This document shows positions 49,118-59,015 of a DNA stretch of 64,000 nucleotides, in pieces; positions within the stretch are counted from its first letter, which is position 1; every line of letters begins with the position of its first letter. The stretch comes from Pseudomonadota bacterium (GTDB taxonomy: Bacteria; UBA10199; 2-02-FULL-44-16; DYJF01): the NCBI GenBank assembly GCA_043823065.1, contig JBDRBB010000009.1:32001-96000 (forward strand). Direction: 5' to 3'. The notes beneath the pieces are model-generated. The model searched no databases. It was given only the letters and a program-made list of their open reading frames with translations, and was not told the DNA's origin. The translations under genes and the position numbers were made by a program.

Positions 49118-49595
49118 AAAATTCATGCAGAAAGCTTTAGCTCAAGCCAAAAAAGCCTGGGCCAAAGACGAAGTGCCAATTGGCGCTGTGGCTGTGGTTG
49201 ACGGAAAGATCGTAGCCAGAGCGCACAATATTAAGGAAAGCACGCACAATCCCTTGGGGCATGCTGAAATTCTGCTTTTGCAAAAATTAACTAAAAAACA
49301 AAAACGCTGGCGCTTAAGTGATGTGAACATTTATGTCACTTGTGAGCCATGTATCATGTGTGCTGGTGCTTTGTGGCAGGCTAGAATCGGTAAACTTTAT
49401 TTTGGTTGTTCTGATCCTAAGGCCGGTGCTTGCGGATCATTATATAATGTGCCAGAAGATAAACGCTTAAATCATCGTATTAAAACCACAGGCGGTATTT
49501 TAGCCAAGCAGTGCGCCCAGCTTTTATCAGATTTTTTTGTTGCCAAGCGGAAATCAAGGTGTCATTCCCGCGCAGGCGGGAATCTACTTGAGTAA
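49098..49595 (+). CDS. tadA: tRNA adenosine(34) deaminase
   Basis: FM..AL, EVPIGAV, HAEI, WRL, YVTCEPCIMCAGA, DPKAGACGS, LNH; probable TTG start after GAGG. Confidence 0.93.
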   Translation: MSNQLNEKFMQKALAQAKKAWAKDEVPIGAVAVVDGKIVARAHNIKESTHNPLGHAEILLLQKLTKKQKRWRLSDVNIYVTCEPCIMCAGALWQARIGKLYFGCSDPKAGACGSLYNVPEDKRLNHRIKTTGGILAKQCAQLLSDFFVAKRKSRCHSRAGGNLLE

Positions 49596-49626
49596 AAATT
49601 AGATCCCTGCTTTCGCAGGGATGACA
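49560..49626. repeat. GTCATTCCCGC-type paired palindromic repeat overlapping the tadA 3' end
   Basis: TGTCATTCCCGCGCAGGCGGGAATCTA ... TAGATCCCTGCTTTCGCAGGGATGACA. Confidence 0.9.
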
Positions 49627-49674
49627 ACAATTCTTGCATTCACCTCTTAAAAGCGGTAATAAGGTAATATTATT

Positions 49675-50433
49675 ATGCTTTTAATCCCCCAGCTCTATCT
49701 TAGAAATAATAAAGTAGTGTCTGTAGAAGGCATGAATACACCTCTTTACGATGCTGATCCAATTGTAATGTGTCGTAGTCTCAAAGATGCTGGAGCTGAA
49801 GCTGTTTATTTGGTGGATTTAAATATTTCTACAATCGGCGATGGTCCAAATTTGCCACTTATCCAAAAAATCAAACAAGAAGTTGGCTTGCAACTTTTTC
49901 TAGGAGATAATTTCAGATCAGTGCAGGCAATTGATCCTTATGCTAAATTAGATCCAAAACTAATTGTTTTAGAGACAGTGGCCTATCAAGAACCAGATTT
50001 GGTTAAACAAGCTTGTCAGCGTTATTCTGGAAAAATTGCCGTGAAAATTTTTGTGCGTGCAGGAAAAATTACCATTCCAGGCTGGGCGGTTTCGCCCACC
50101 AAAACGGCAATAGATTATGCCCAGCAGTTTGGTAATATGGGAGTTAAGAGTTTTTTCTATTCTGATATTTCTGAAAAAGGTGTTCTGGAACAAAAAAATC
50201 TGGATAATATTTTGTTCTTTTGCAAAAAAGTTTACAGCAATGTTATTTGCACCAGTGAAATTAGAAATGCAGGTGATATTGAAAAACTAATGACGGTTGG
50301 CGCTCCTGGTTTGAATGGTTTGGTTCTAGCCCATGCCTTTTATGAAAACCGCATTGATCTTAAAGCTGCAATCAACTTGGTTTTAGATCTTTCTGTCAGT
50401 TCTAGCAATGAGCCCACCTTAACGGAGGATTAA
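49675..50433 (+). CDS. HisA/HisF-like TIM-barrel protein with degenerate active-site motifs
   Basis: Overall HisA pattern (LIP, DP, GA...LVDL, N...I..I, GW, YSDI, G...A.Y), but catalytic and phosphate-binding motifs are substituted. Confidence 0.75.
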   Translation: MLLIPQLYLRNNKVVSVEGMNTPLYDADPIVMCRSLKDAGAEAVYLVDLNISTIGDGPNLPLIQKIKQEVGLQLFLGDNFRSVQAIDPYAKLDPKLIVLETVAYQEPDLVKQACQRYSGKIAVKIFVRAGKITIPGWAVSPTKTAIDYAQQFGNMGVKSFFYSDISEKGVLEQKNLDNILFFCKKVYSNVICTSEIRNAGDIEKLMTVGAPGLNGLVLAHAFYENRIDLKAAINLVLDLSVSSSNEPTLTED

Positions 50434-50778
50434 ATGGCAGGCGACTGTATCTTTTGTAAAATTGCCAAAGGGGAAATGCCTTCAGATAAGGTTTTTGAAA
50501 ATAAAGATATAATTGCTTTTCGAGATATTAACCCTGTAGCGCCCACCCACATTATTGTTATTCCCAAAGAGCATTATCCTACTTTAAATGATATTCCTGC
50601 AGAAAACTTAAATATTATTTCCCAGATCTATGCGGTGATTAAAGAGATAGCCAAAAAAGAGGGTGTGGCTGAAAAAGGGTATCGCACTATAGTTAATACT
50701 AATCCAGAATCCGGTCAGGTGGTATTTCATCTGCATTTTCACATTTTAGGTGGCCGACCAATGCGAGGTCTAGGATAA
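50434..50778 (+). CDS. hinT: Histidine triad nucleotide-binding protein
   Basis: CIFCKI, AFRDINP.AP.H, GQVVFHLHFHILGGR. Confidence 0.95.
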   Translation: MAGDCIFCKIAKGEMPSDKVFENKDIIAFRDINPVAPTHIIVIPKEHYPTLNDIPAENLNIISQIYAVIKEIAKKEGVAEKGYRTIVNTNPESGQVVFHLHFHILGGRPMRGLG

Positions 50779-50782
50779 AAGC

Positions 50783-50836
50783 GACCATTGACTATAGACC
50801 TTAAAAGTCTATGGTCTATAGTCAATAGTCCATGGT
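50783..50836. repeat. GACCATA/TATGGTC heptamer inverted-repeat element, copy 2
   Basis: GACCATT GACTATA GACC ... GTCTATG GTCTATA GTCAATA GTCCATG GT. Confidence 0.8.
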
Positions 50837-50845
50837 TAAATTTTT

Positions 50846-52387
50846 ATGGCAGAGATTATTTCCATAAATCCAGCAACTTTAGAAGAAATAGGGCGCGTGC
50901 CTGCTGTTGCCAAAGAAGAAGTGCGCGGCATGGTAGCCCAGGCTAGGGCTGCTTGTCCAGTTTGGCAGCGCCTGGGTTTTAAAAAACGCGCAGAGTATTT
51001 ATTGCAAGCACGCAAGTATTTGTTGGAGCATATTGATGATTTTGCCAAAACCATTACTTTAGAAAACGGCAAGCCTTTAACTGAAGCTCTAACCTCGGAG
51101 ATTTATCCTATTGCAGATTTGATTTATTATTTTAGCCATCATGCGGAAAAATTACTCAAAGAATATAAAGTGCCCATTGGTGTAATGGGCTTGTTGGCGC
51201 GCTCCTCACGTATTTCTTTTCAACCTTTGGGTGTGATTGGCATTATCAGTCCGTGGAATTTCCCTTTTTCCATTCCAGCTGGTGAAGCTGTGATGGCTCT
51301 TTTGTGTGGTAATGCAGTAATCTTAAAACCATCTTCAGTTACTCCCTTGGTAGGTAAAAAAATTGAAGAAATGTTGGATGCTGCCCAAATGCCTGCTGGA
51401 ATTTTTCAACTACTTTCAGGTGGGGCAGAGAATGGAGAAGCGTTAGTTGAATCTAGAGTTGATAAAATATTATTTACCGGAAGTGAAGCTGTTGGCAGTA
51501 GAATTATGGCCAAATGTTCTGAAAACTTAACTCCAGTTGTGCTAGAGTTGGGTGGCAAAGACCCGATGATTGTGCGTGCAGATGCTAACTTAGAGCAAGC
51601 CAGCTCTGGCGCGGTTTGGGGAGCCTTTGTTAATAGTGGTCAGTGTTGCGCTGGTGTGGAAAGAGTTTATGTGCATGAATCAATTTTTGCTAAATTTGTA
51701 GAAATGGTGGTGCAAAAAACTAAAAAGTTAAAACAAGGGCCTGGTATTGATCCTGAAAATGATATTGGCGCTATGACCAACCAAAGCCAGTTAGATTTGG
51801 TCAAAGAACACGTGCAAGAAGCCAAAGAACGCGGGGCTGATATTTTGTGCGGTGGCGAGCAAAATTTAGATTTTCCAGGCTATTTTTATAAACCAACTGT
51901 GCTGACCAATGTTGATCATGGTTTTCGCTGTGTGCGTGAAGAAACCTTTGGCCCCTTAATGCCGATTATGTCTTTTGCAGATGACAACCAGGCCATCAAG
52001 CTAGCCAATGATACCAGATATGGTTTAACTGCTTCGGTTTGGACCAAAGATCTGAAAAAAGGACAAGAAATGGCGCGCAACATTTTGGCTGGCACGGTAA
52101 CTATTAATGATTGTGTTTTCACGCATGCTTTAAGCCAAACCCCTTGGGGCGGCAGAAAAGCTTCTGGTTTTGGCCGCACCCATTCACGTTTTGGTTTACA
52201 GGAATTGGTTACAGTTCATCACATTCATACCAATCATTTGTCTGGTAAAAATTTTTGGTGGTATCCTTATTCTCAGCAGGTGGTAAATAGTTTTAAGGAT
52301 CTGGCAAAATATTTAACTGATAACTGGTTAATTAAAGCCAAAGCAATCCCTGCCTTTTTGAAAGTTTTTAGCAGAAAAAAAATATAG
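50846..52387 (+). CDS. NAD(P)-dependent aldehyde dehydrogenase
   Basis: INPAT, ISPWNFP, FTGS, LELGGKDP, NSGQCC, EETFGP, YGLTAS, PWGGRKASGFG. Confidence 0.95.
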   Translation: MAEIISINPATLEEIGRVPAVAKEEVRGMVAQARAACPVWQRLGFKKRAEYLLQARKYLLEHIDDFAKTITLENGKPLTEALTSEIYPIADLIYYFSHHAEKLLKEYKVPIGVMGLLARSSRISFQPLGVIGIISPWNFPFSIPAGEAVMALLCGNAVILKPSSVTPLVGKKIEEMLDAAQMPAGIFQLLSGGAENGEALVESRVDKILFTGSEAVGSRIMAKCSENLTPVVLELGGKDPMIVRADANLEQASSGAVWGAFVNSGQCCAGVERVYVHESIFAKFVEMVVQKTKKLKQGPGIDPENDIGAMTNQSQLDLVKEHVQEAKERGADILCGGEQNLDFPGYFYKPTVLTNVDHGFRCVREETFGPLMPIMSFADDNQAIKLANDTRYGLTASVWTKDLKKGQEMARNILAGTVTINDCVFTHALSQTPWGGRKASGFGRTHSRFGLQELVTVHHIHTNHLSGKNFWWYPYSQQVVNSFKDLAKYLTDNWLIKAKAIPAFLKVFSRKKI

Positions 52388-52397
52388 AGGCACTCTT

Positions 52398-53291
52398 ATG
52401 CATGGAATTCCCTATGCGTTAGCTTCCTATTTATTATGGGGATTGCTCCCAATCTATTGGAAGTTATTAAAACAAGTCCCTGCCTATGAGATTTTGGCTC
52501 ATCGTATTGTCTGGTCCACAGTATTTATTTTAGGCTTGCTTCTTTTGCAAGGACGCTGGTTTGAACTAAAAGACATGTTTAATTTTAAGAGAAAAATTTT
52601 GTTTTTTAGTCCTTTGCTCCTGGGCGCTAATTGGTTTATCTATGTTTGGGCAGTTAATGCTAGTCATATTGTAGATGCTTCTTTGGGTTATTTTATTTGT
52701 CCTTTGCTCACAGTTTTGTTGGGAGTGATTTTTCTAAAAGAACGTCTAAATCTTTGGCAAATCATGGCTGTGATCTTGGTATTAGTAGGCGTTTTTTATT
52801 CAATCTATCAGCTTGGTTCTTTCCCTTGGATCGCGCTTTCCATTGCTATTACCTTTAGTCTTTATAGCTTAATCAGAAAGCAGGTTAAAGTTGGGCCAAT
52901 AGTAGGTCTGGGTTGGGAAGTTTTGGTTATTAGCCCTTTGGCTTTAGGCTTCCTTTTGTATTTAGCTTTTAAGGGAAAGATTTTTTTTGGAAACGCAAAT
53001 CTAAAAACTAATTTTTTATTGATTGGTACCGGTATTATAACCACTATACCGCTGATATGTTATATTCATGCTGTGAAAAAAATAAAATTAACTACCATGG
53101 GAATTTTGCAATACGTGGCTCCTAGTTGCCAGTTGGTAGTTGGAGTTCTGCTTTATCAAGAAAAGTTCAGCAAAGATCATTTAATTGTGTTTGGTATTAT
53201 CTGGTTGGCAATTCTAATCTATTCCTTAAATTCAATTCTTTTCAGGACCTCGCCAGTGCTAGCTAAGCCTGTAATTGAACTTCCTGAATAG
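52398..53291 (+). CDS. rarD: EamA/DMT transporter RarD
   Basis: WGLLPIYWK, EILAHRIVWS, NWFIYVWAVN, ASLGYFI.PL, LKERL, LQYVAP. Confidence 0.92.
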   Translation: MHGIPYALASYLLWGLLPIYWKLLKQVPAYEILAHRIVWSTVFILGLLLLQGRWFELKDMFNFKRKILFFSPLLLGANWFIYVWAVNASHIVDASLGYFICPLLTVLLGVIFLKERLNLWQIMAVILVLVGVFYSIYQLGSFPWIALSIAITFSLYSLIRKQVKVGPIVGLGWEVLVISPLALGFLLYLAFKGKIFFGNANLKTNFLLIGTGIITTIPLICYIHAVKKIKLTTMGILQYVAPSCQLVVGVLLYQEKFSKDHLIVFGIIWLAILIYSLNSILFRTSPVLAKPVIELPE

Positions 53292-53293
53292 AA

Positions 53294-54544
53294 TTAGCTG
53301 CCAGAGAGTAAGCGGTAAGTTAATAGCACAATGCCAAGAAGGGCCATAATCAACAAAGCTCCATAAAAAACAGTTAAGGTCCAGCTAAACTTGGCTGGTT
53401 TGGGCAGTTTTCCCCATTCCCACCAAGGTACAAATCTATAGGGGTTTTCTTCTGGATATTGCCTTTCTTTTTCGCCAAATAGCCAGCCTAGAAATGAACG
53501 GCGACCTTTGCTGCTAACTTGGCTCTGTTGCTCTTGTTTGGCTTCGGCTTTTTGATCAGCTGGTGGCATAATACCCAGCTCTCTGGCAGCTTCACCTTCT
53601 GCCTTACCACCAATAAATTTGCCAGCAGTTGGTAGAGGTGAGGTGGCCATTTCCCGACCTTTGGAAGTAGCTAGGCCTAAATAGGCCAGTTCGGCGCGCA
53701 TGGTTTTTAAAAGTTCAGTCCGAAAAGAATCGCCAGGTTTTAAGTTGGCCAACTTAGCCAAGATATCTGCCAATACACTAAAACGAACATATTTTTCGAC
53801 TTGGCCGTTCTTTAAAGCCATGTCAGAAATGATTACTCCTTTTTCACCTTTCATAATAACTCCGCGTAGAAAAAATTCGCGCACATCATCTAAAGATATT
53901 TTTTTGGCAGCCAGTCGTTCTCTGAAAGCATTAAAAAAGTTTCGCCATTGTTCTTCTGTTTTTTCCAGAAATTTTGGTTTGCCATCTGCTGCTTCTTGCG
54001 CCATTTTTTTTCCGCCTTCAAATCGTTCTAAAATAAAGCGCTCAAAATTGGAGAGCATTTTCTCCAGGTTTTTCTCGCCCTCGGTAGTGCCTTCTTTGGC
54101 GGTAGCGCGACCGGCACGATCAGCAAAATAGTTTTCATATTCTTTTTCTTTGGCAGCTTCTAATTTTCCTTTACGAATTTCCATTTGAGCTTCTTGTTTG
54201 GCTTCTTCCTTGCTTCTGGTTCGGGCTTCCTGCTTAGCTTCTTCTTTAGTATCAGCTCTTTGCCCAGCTCTTTGCGGTTGTTCCCGGTTATCTTCAACAA
54301 CCCGATTGCTGCCAGGCAGACGAAAGTGTTCATAAACTGTGGTGGCATTCACGTTTCTGGCGGCAGCTTGCATAAAATGAGGTAGCATTCTGGCTAATTG
54401 AAATCCATCCCGACCAGCCCGCTGTACTAGGTCGCGCTGCAAGGAAGCAATTTGTTCTTGGGGCGCGTGATTTTCAATAGCACTATATAATTCACGAACT
54501 GCCTGATCTATTGGTCCTAAATTGTCTCCTGCGGGAAAAGACAT
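53294..54544 (-). CDS. Hypothetical protein with coiled-coil region and single C-terminal TM helix
   Basis: 416 aa ORF, GGAGG RBS, KEEAKQEA repeats, hydrophobic C-terminal segment. Confidence 0.75.
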   Translation of the reverse strand: MSFPAGDNLGPIDQAVRELYSAIENHAPQEQIASLQRDLVQRAGRDGFQLARMLPHFMQAAARNVNATTVYEHFRLPGSNRVVEDNREQPQRAGQRADTKEEAKQEARTRSKEEAKQEAQMEIRKGKLEAAKEKEYENYFADRAGRATAKEGTTEGEKNLEKMLSNFERFILERFEGGKKMAQEAADGKPKFLEKTEEQWRNFFNAFRERLAAKKISLDDVREFFLRGVIMKGEKGVIISDMALKNGQVEKYVRFSVLADILAKLANLKPGDSFRTELLKTMRAELAYLGLATSKGREMATSPLPTAGKFIGGKAEGEAARELGIMPPADQKAEAKQEQQSQVSSKGRRSFLGWLFGEKERQYPEENPYRFVPWWEWGKLPKPAKFSWTLTVFYGALLIMALLGIVLLTYRLLSGS

Positions 54545-54628
54545 GATTCCTCCATGTTGGGAATTATACTATATCTTGCCTACACTGTCATCTTGCATTT
54601 AGTTATTATCTTGCTAAGAAGGCAACTT

Positions 54629-57600
54629 ATGCAGGTTTTTGAGGAAATTTTAGCTGCGCTTAAGGCCAAAAACCAAAGGATTAATATCAATGGCTTATGC
54701 GGAGCTGCGCCTGCTTTTTTGCTTTCCAAAATTTGGCAAACCTTTCCTGAACAAAATATTTTGGTGTTGGCTGCTACTCCTGAGCAGGCCAGGGCTATTT
54801 ATGAGGATCTGCTGGTTTTTGTTCAGCCTCAAACTGCAAAAGAGCTTTTTTATTTTCCCGAGCCAGATGTTTTGCCTTATACGCAGCTTTCTCCTGAACC
54901 TAGAATTTGGTCGGAACGTTTACGCCTGCTTTATGAAATAGCTCATGGCCAAAAAGGTATGATGGTGGCGCCAATTGCTGCTTGTTTGCGCTATGTGCCT
55001 CCTAAATTTTTCGTGGCCAATTGTGTGCGTTATATTCACTTGGCCCAACAATTAGATCGAGAAGATCTAATCTATTGGCTTTTAGAAAATGGCTATACCG
55101 AGGTTTCAGTGGTGGAGGATGTTGGCGAGTTTGCCAAACGCGGTGGTATCTTAGACATCTGGAGTCCTACTACGCAAAAACCTATTCGCTTTGAACTTGA
55201 GGGAGATAAAATTATTTCTCTGCGCGAGTTTGATCCAGTTACGCAACGCTCTAAAAAAGATTTACAAAAATTCAGTATTATTCCTGTGCGGGATGTTCCC
55301 TTAAATATTGAATCTTGCCGCTTGGCCATCCAGTCCATTCAGGCCTTGGCCCAGAAGAATAATTTTCCAGAAAAGGAAACCCAGCGTTTAATAGAATATT
55401 TAAATGACCGGGTTGCTTTTTCAGGTATTGAAACTTTTCTGTCATTATTTCACGGAGCAATCGCTTCTTTATTTGATTTTTTGCCCCCAGATACACTGAT
55501 TGTGACAGATGATCCAATTGAGTTGGAACAATCTGTAAGCAAGCTTTTAACTTCTATCCATGATTTGGCTAAATATACCACAGGGCCAGAGCGTTTGATT
55601 GCCCCAGAGCGTTTATATCTTTCCTGGGAAAAGTTGGGAGAGCAGATGAATGCTTTCCAACAAATCAAGTTGGGTAGCTTACAGGTAAGCCAACCCAATG
55701 CTGAGCCAGAAAAAAATATCAAAATTGAAACCTTTGCTAATACAGATTTGCGACCAAAGATGGAAGGACATATTAAAGATGAAGATCCATTAAGGCCTTT
55801 GGTTAAATATCTCAAAGAACGCAGTTTACCAGAAGAAAAGATTGTTTTTACCTGCCATACTTCTGTGCAGGCCCAACGCTTAAAAAGTCTATTTCAATGG
55901 CAAGGTATTGATCTAACTGAATTTACGGCTGGTTTTGAAAATTTGGAATTTAGCAAAGCTCAGTTTAAGATTAGAATAGCTAAACTTTCCGGAGGATTTC
56001 GCTGGCCAGAGCTTGGGATTTCCATCATTACTGATGAAGAACTTTTTGGTACTAAAGTTGTGCGTAAGGTTAAGCAACGTCCTCCTGCTGAGTTTTTTAC
56101 TTCTTTTTCAGAACTGGTTGAAGGTGACTATTTGGTGCATGATCAGCATGGTATTGGGCGTTATTTAGGACTCAAAAATCTGAATATAGATAATCACAAC
56201 AATGATTTTATCCTTTTGGAATATTTAGAAGGAGACAAACTTTATTTGCCAGTTTATCGTCTAAATCTTTTGCAAAAATATATTGGCCCTGGAGATAGTT
56301 TGCCGCTTTTAGATAAATTAGGTGGTACGCGTTGGGTTAGTGTTCAGGAAAAAGCAAAAAAGGACATTGTCAAAATCGCCAAAGAACTACTGCACATTTA
56401 TGCCTCCAGGCAAGTGCATCCTGGGTTTAAATTCCCACCACCAGACGCTGCCTATGAAGAATTTTCAGCTAGTTTCCCTTATGATGAGACACCAGATCAG
56501 AAACAAGCCATTGATGATGTGTTGCGCGACATGGAACTGGAAATACCTATGGATCGTTTGATTTGCGGTGATGTGGGTTATGGAAAAACAGAAGTGGCTA
56601 TGCGCGCTGCATTTAAGGCGATTATGGCTGGAAAACAGGTGGCAATTTTAGTGCCCACCACTTTGCTGGCTTTTCAACATTATGAAAATTTTAGAAGGCG
56701 TTTTGAGGAAACACCAATCAAAGTGGAAATGCTTTCGCGTTTTCGCAGCAGCAAAGAACAAAAAGCTATTATTGAAGAATTAAAAAAAGGTATAATTGAT
56801 ATTGTTATTGGCACGCACTGCTTACTACAAAAAGGGATTGGTTTTAGAGATCTTGGGCTTTTAGTAATAGATGAAGAGCAGCGTTTCGGAGTTTCGCACA
56901 AAGAAAAAATGAAAAAATTGCGAACTACAGTGGATTGCCTAACTTTAACTGCCACGCCAATTCCGCGTACCTTGCACCTTTCTTTAACCGGTATTCGAGA
57001 TATCAGCATTATCAACACTCCGCCTCTGGATCGTTTGGCAATATCAACGGAAGTGGTGCCCTTTGATGACGGCATAATTCGGCATGCTATTCGCGAAGAA
57101 CTGGCCAGGGATGGTCAGATATTTTTTGTCCACAACAGAGTGCAAACCATACGTTCCATGGAGGAATATTTAAGCCAACTTTTACCTGAAGCAAAAATTG
57201 GCGTGGCTCATGGCCAGCTGAAAGAAAGACAGTTGGAAGAAGTTATGACCAAATTTATCAAAAAAGATCTAAATGTCTTATTAACCACTTCTATTATTGA
57301 ATCTGGTTTGGATATTCCTTCAGCCAATACAATTATTATTAATCGGGCTGACACTTTTGGTTTGGCCCAGCTTTATCAAATTAGAGGCCGAATCGGTCGC
57401 TCCAACCGACGGGCTTTTGCCTATCTGCTTTTGCCTCAAGACAAGACAATTACGCCCACAGCTAAAAAACGTTTAACGGTTTTGCAGCGGTTTACTGATT
57501 TGGGTAGTGGTTTTCAAATCTCCATGCATGATCTAGAAATTCGCGGATCTGGTAATATTTTGGGAAGCGCTCAATCAGGACATGTAGCAGCGATTGGCTA

Positions 57601-58126
57601 TGAAATGTACACCAAGCTTTTGGCTAAAGAAATAGGTAGGCTCCAGGGTAAAAAAATTGAAACTGAAATTGATCCAGATCTAAATTTAGCCATTTCAGCT
57701 TATTTGCCTCCTGATTATGTTGAAGATAGTGGAACCAGGTTAGATATTTATCGCCGTTTGGCTTCCAGAATAAATTTGGCAGAAATCAAAGAAATGGAGC
57801 AGGAAATTGAAGATCGATTTGGTGGGCTGCCAGAAGAGGCCAAAAATCTATTGGGCGTGATGGAAATCAAAGTTATGGCCAAAGAACTTCGGACCAATCA
57901 AATTACTTTTGATGGTCGCACGTTTTCTGGTCGTTTGGATAAAACAAACCAAGTAGATCTTAATAAACTAGCCCAGCTAATTAGCAGAGACAGTCAGCGT
58001 TATATTTTACGGCCACCAGACCGGATTTTATATGTAACCAACGGAATTGAGCAAGCTTCAGAGATAATTAAAGAGGCTAAAAACTTCTTGAGAGAGCTTG
58101 GCAGCTGTGTTAGCACCAAACAATAA
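54629..58126 (+). CDS. mfd: Transcription-repair coupling factor
   Basis: RGGILDI, LVH..HGIGRY, ETPDQ, GDVGYGKTEVA, DEEQRFG, TATPIPRTL, QIRGRIGR, DLEIRG.GN.LG; start at MQVFEE. Confidence 0.97.
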   Translation: MQVFEEILAALKAKNQRININGLCGAAPAFLLSKIWQTFPEQNILVLAATPEQARAIYEDLLVFVQPQTAKELFYFPEPDVLPYTQLSPEPRIWSERLRLLYEIAHGQKGMMVAPIAACLRYVPPKFFVANCVRYIHLAQQLDREDLIYWLLENGYTEVSVVEDVGEFAKRGGILDIWSPTTQKPIRFELEGDKIISLREFDPVTQRSKKDLQKFSIIPVRDVPLNIESCRLAIQSIQALAQKNNFPEKETQRLIEYLNDRVAFSGIETFLSLFHGAIASLFDFLPPDTLIVTDDPIELEQSVSKLLTSIHDLAKYTTGPERLIAPERLYLSWEKLGEQMNAFQQIKLGSLQVSQPNAEPEKNIKIETFANTDLRPKMEGHIKDEDPLRPLVKYLKERSLPEEKIVFTCHTSVQAQRLKSLFQWQGIDLTEFTAGFENLEFSKAQFKIRIAKLSGGFRWPELGISIITDEELFGTKVVRKVKQRPPAEFFTSFSELVEGDYLVHDQHGIGRYLGLKNLNIDNHNNDFILLEYLEGDKLYLPVYRLNLLQKYIGPGDSLPLLDKLGGTRWVSVQEKAKKDIVKIAKELLHIYASRQVHPGFKFPPPDAAYEEFSASFPYDETPDQKQAIDDVLRDMELEIPMDRLICGDVGYGKTEVAMRAAFKAIMAGKQVAILVPTTLLAFQHYENFRRRFEETPIKVEMLSRFRSSKEQKAIIEELKKGIIDIVIGTHCLLQKGIGFRDLGLLVIDEEQRFGVSHKEKMKKLRTTVDCLTLTATPIPRTLHLSLTGIRDISIINTPPLDRLAISTEVVPFDDGIIRHAIREELARDGQIFFVHNRVQTIRSMEEYLSQLLPEAKIGVAHGQLKERQLEEVMTKFIKKDLNVLLTTSIIESGLDIPSANTIIINRADTFGLAQLYQIRGRIGRSNRRAFAYLLLPQDKTITPTAKKRLTVLQRFTDLGSGFQISMHDLEIRGSGNILGSAQSGHVAAIGYEMYTKLLAKEIGRLQGKKIETEIDPDLNLAISAYLPPDYVEDSGTRLDIYRRLASRINLAEIKEMEQEIEDRFGGLPEEAKNLLGVMEIKVMAKELRTNQITFDGRTFSGRLDKTNQVDLNKLAQLISRDSQRYILRPPDRILYVTNGIEQASEIIKEAKNFLRELGSCVSTKQ

Positions 58127-58133
58127 ATAGCCT

Positions 58134-59015
58134 ATGAATAAAGCTCGGAAAATAATAATTTTAAGCCTGTTTTTAATGGCAGCTTGTTCCAAGCCAGAAA
58201 AGATTGTGGCCACAGTCGATGGTTTTCAGATTACCCAGACAGACTTGCAGCATGCTTTAAATATTGAAAAAGAAAATTACGACCCCTTGCTTTTAAAAGT
58301 TAAAGAAAATGCAGCCAATTTTAAATTGGCCTTGCTGAACAAATTGGTGCAAGAGACAATTTTGATTAATGAAGCTAAAAAAGCTGGATTAAAATTAACC
58401 ACGACTGAAGAAGAAGGGATCAAAACTTCAACAAATCATGATGATTATTGGTTGGAGAGGCAGAAAAAAAAGCTGCTAATTAATAAGTTGATTAATGTAA
58501 AAATTGGCGAGCAAATTGAAATATCTTCTAAAGATATTAGCTTATATTATAACAGCCATCGCCAGGATTTTTTTCAGCCAGAGCAATTTCGAGCACGCCA
58601 AATTATTGTAGATGACAGGCAATTAGCGGTGGATATTTTGCAGAAGATTAGCAAAGGTGAAAACTTTGCCGAACTGGCTAAAAAATATTCCTTAAGTCCA
58701 GATGCTGAGCAAGGGGGAGATTTGGGTTTTTTCGATGTCCAGTCTTTTCCGCCAGTTTTTACCAGAATTTGTGAACAATTAGACATAAACGAAGTTAGTG
58801 AAGTTGTTAAAACAGATTATGGCTATCAGATTTTTCAGCTATTAGGAAGACGTGAAGAACGTCAAAAAAGTTTGGATGAAGTCTCAAAAAACATAGAGTT
58901 TTTGTTAAAGGAAAAGCAAGGCCAAAAGGTTTTTAGTCAATGGTTTGCTGATTTACAAAAGCAGGCCAACGTGCAAATAAATCAAGAAGTACTCAAGGAG
59001 GTTGAAATTGATTAA
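58134..59015 (+). CDS. Parvulin-type peptidyl-prolyl isomerase lipoprotein (PrsA/SurA-like)
   Basis: Lipobox MAAC, ARQI, FAELAKKYS, GGDLG, VKTDYGYQI. Confidence 0.9.
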   Translation: MNKARKIIILSLFLMAACSKPEKIVATVDGFQITQTDLQHALNIEKENYDPLLLKVKENAANFKLALLNKLVQETILINEAKKAGLKLTTTEEEGIKTSTNHDDYWLERQKKKLLINKLINVKIGEQIEISSKDISLYYNSHRQDFFQPEQFRARQIIVDDRQLAVDILQKISKGENFAELAKKYSLSPDAEQGGDLGFFDVQSFPPVFTRICEQLDINEVSEVVKTDYGYQIFQLLGRREERQKSLDEVSKNIEFLLKEKQGQKVFSQWFADLQKQANVQINQEVLKEVEID

